A DNA stretch of 64,000 nt from Burkholderiales bacterium PBB3 (GTDB lineage Bacteria > Pseudomonadota > Gammaproteobacteria > Burkholderiales > Burkholderiaceae_C), in NCBI GenBank assembly GCA_002256115.1, contig NKIK01000003.1:194280-258279 (forward strand). Reading direction: 5' to 3'. Under the pieces are notes generated by a model that made no database searches, had not been told where the DNA came from, and worked only from the letters and a program-made list of their open reading frames with translations. Position 1 is the first letter of the stretch; each line of letters starts with the position of its first letter. The position numbers were made by a program, and so were the translations under genes. Positions 63,121-64,000 of the stretch are shown piece after piece.

Positions 63121-63954
63121 TCATGCGCGTTTTCGGGTCGGGTACTCGCTCATCACCACGGCAATGACCACCAGAGCCGCACCGATAGAGGCCTGCAAAG
63201 CCAGTGCCTCGCCGAGCCATAGCCATGCAAACACGGCGGCAAATACCGGCTCCGTGGCGTAGACCAAGGCGGCTTTGTCGGCAGTAACATGGCGCTGGGC
63301 AATCGCTTGCAAAAAGAGCATACCCGCAGTGGCTATCACGCCCAAGTACACCAATCCTGCAAACACTTGCCAATCCATTCTGTCGGGCAAAGTAGCCAAG
63401 CTGTCGGTGCCAACGGACGCCAACACCATCCACACGCCACCCAAGCCAGCCATCCAGACCACCTGCGTAGCCGCCAAATGTTTGGGGTTATGGCGCACCG
63501 CCCATTTTGACAAGATGATGACGTCTATTGCATACGCCAAGGCACCCAAAATGGTTGCAGCATCTGCCCACCAATGGGCACCGCCCTCCCACGACATCAA
63601 GCCAATGCCAACACAGGCGAGGGCTGCGGCAGCCCATACTAGCCAACTCGGGCGTGCACCCAGCACGAAGCCCAACATGGGAACCATCAGCACATTGAGA
63701 CTGGTGAGGAAGGCACTGCGGTTAGACGAGATGTGTTCCAAGCCATAGGCCTGCGCCACATAAGACGCCAGCACGATGACGCCCAGCACACCACCATCTC
63801 TCCAGGCTTGCTTAGGCGCGCGCACTGCAAAAGGCAGCATCAGCGCCGCTGCAATGAACCTATTTCCGGCAGTTGAAGCTACTAAAACCTGCTGCAAGTT
63901 AGACTGGGAGCCGAGTTCAACGAATTTGTAGAGGTCACCAAATGGGTGAAGCAA
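63121..63954 (-). CDS. EamA/DMT-family transporter
   Basis: About 10 hydrophobic segments in two EamA-like halves. The true start may lie slightly upstream of 63954. Confidence 0.75.
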   Translation of the reverse strand: MLHPFGDLYKFVELGSQSNLQQVLVASTAGNRFIAAALMLPFAVRAPKQAWRDGGVLGVIVLASYVAQAYGLEHISSNRSAFLTSLNVLMVPMLGFVLGARPSWLVWAAAALACVGIGLMSWEGGAHWWADAATILGALAYAIDVIILSKWAVRHNPKHLAATQVVWMAGLGGVWMVLASVGTDSLATLPDRMDWQVFAGLVYLGVIATAGMLFLQAIAQRHVTADKAALVYATEPVFAAVFAWLWLGEALALQASIGAALVVIAVVMSEYPTRKRA

Positions 63955-64000
63955 AAAGACGTCAATTGGCTGCGCAAGCGCAAGCCATGGATGTCATGTT

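Overview
64-kb chromosomal window from a high-GC betaproteobacterium. Protein sequences look Comamonadaceae/Burkholderiales-like, but I cannot verify the taxon. All calls come from reading the ORF track and raw sequence and from remembered family motifs; no searches were run. Core genes present: prmA-accC-accB, pbpC, lldD, dinB, queF, yaaA, valS, cysM, tRNA-Leu(CAA). They are interrupted by accessory modules. (1) 5.8-7.0 kb: an apparently ORF-less group II intron-like element, one copy of a dispersed repeat, and a decayed IS200-family element. (2) 8.3-16.4 kb: a type I R-M operon hsdM-hsdS-fic-hsdR. (3) 18.9-21.3 kb: a type II methylase/endonuclease pair. (4) 28.5-34.6 kb: two hybrid histidine kinases around a REC-HD-GYP regulator. 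(5) 35.0-36.7 kb: hipBA. (6) 37.9-47.2 kb: the main candidate for an undescribed system, a tightly packed five-gene minus-strand operon of YqiJ-like OB-fold membrane protein, YqiK/flotillin (SPFH), double zinc-ribbon protein, 1,724-aa single-AAA+ giant protein and a single-HKD (PLD-family) protein. (7) 48.8-49.5 kb: ccdAB. A ~55-80 nt repeat (core GCTGCTCCCGCACTATCCACGG) occurs 11 times. It brackets most accessory modules and is translated in frame inside several genes. Modules 5 and 6 lie between an intact methyltransferase gene and a decayed copy of it. No rRNA, CRISPR array, integrase or prophage was seen.
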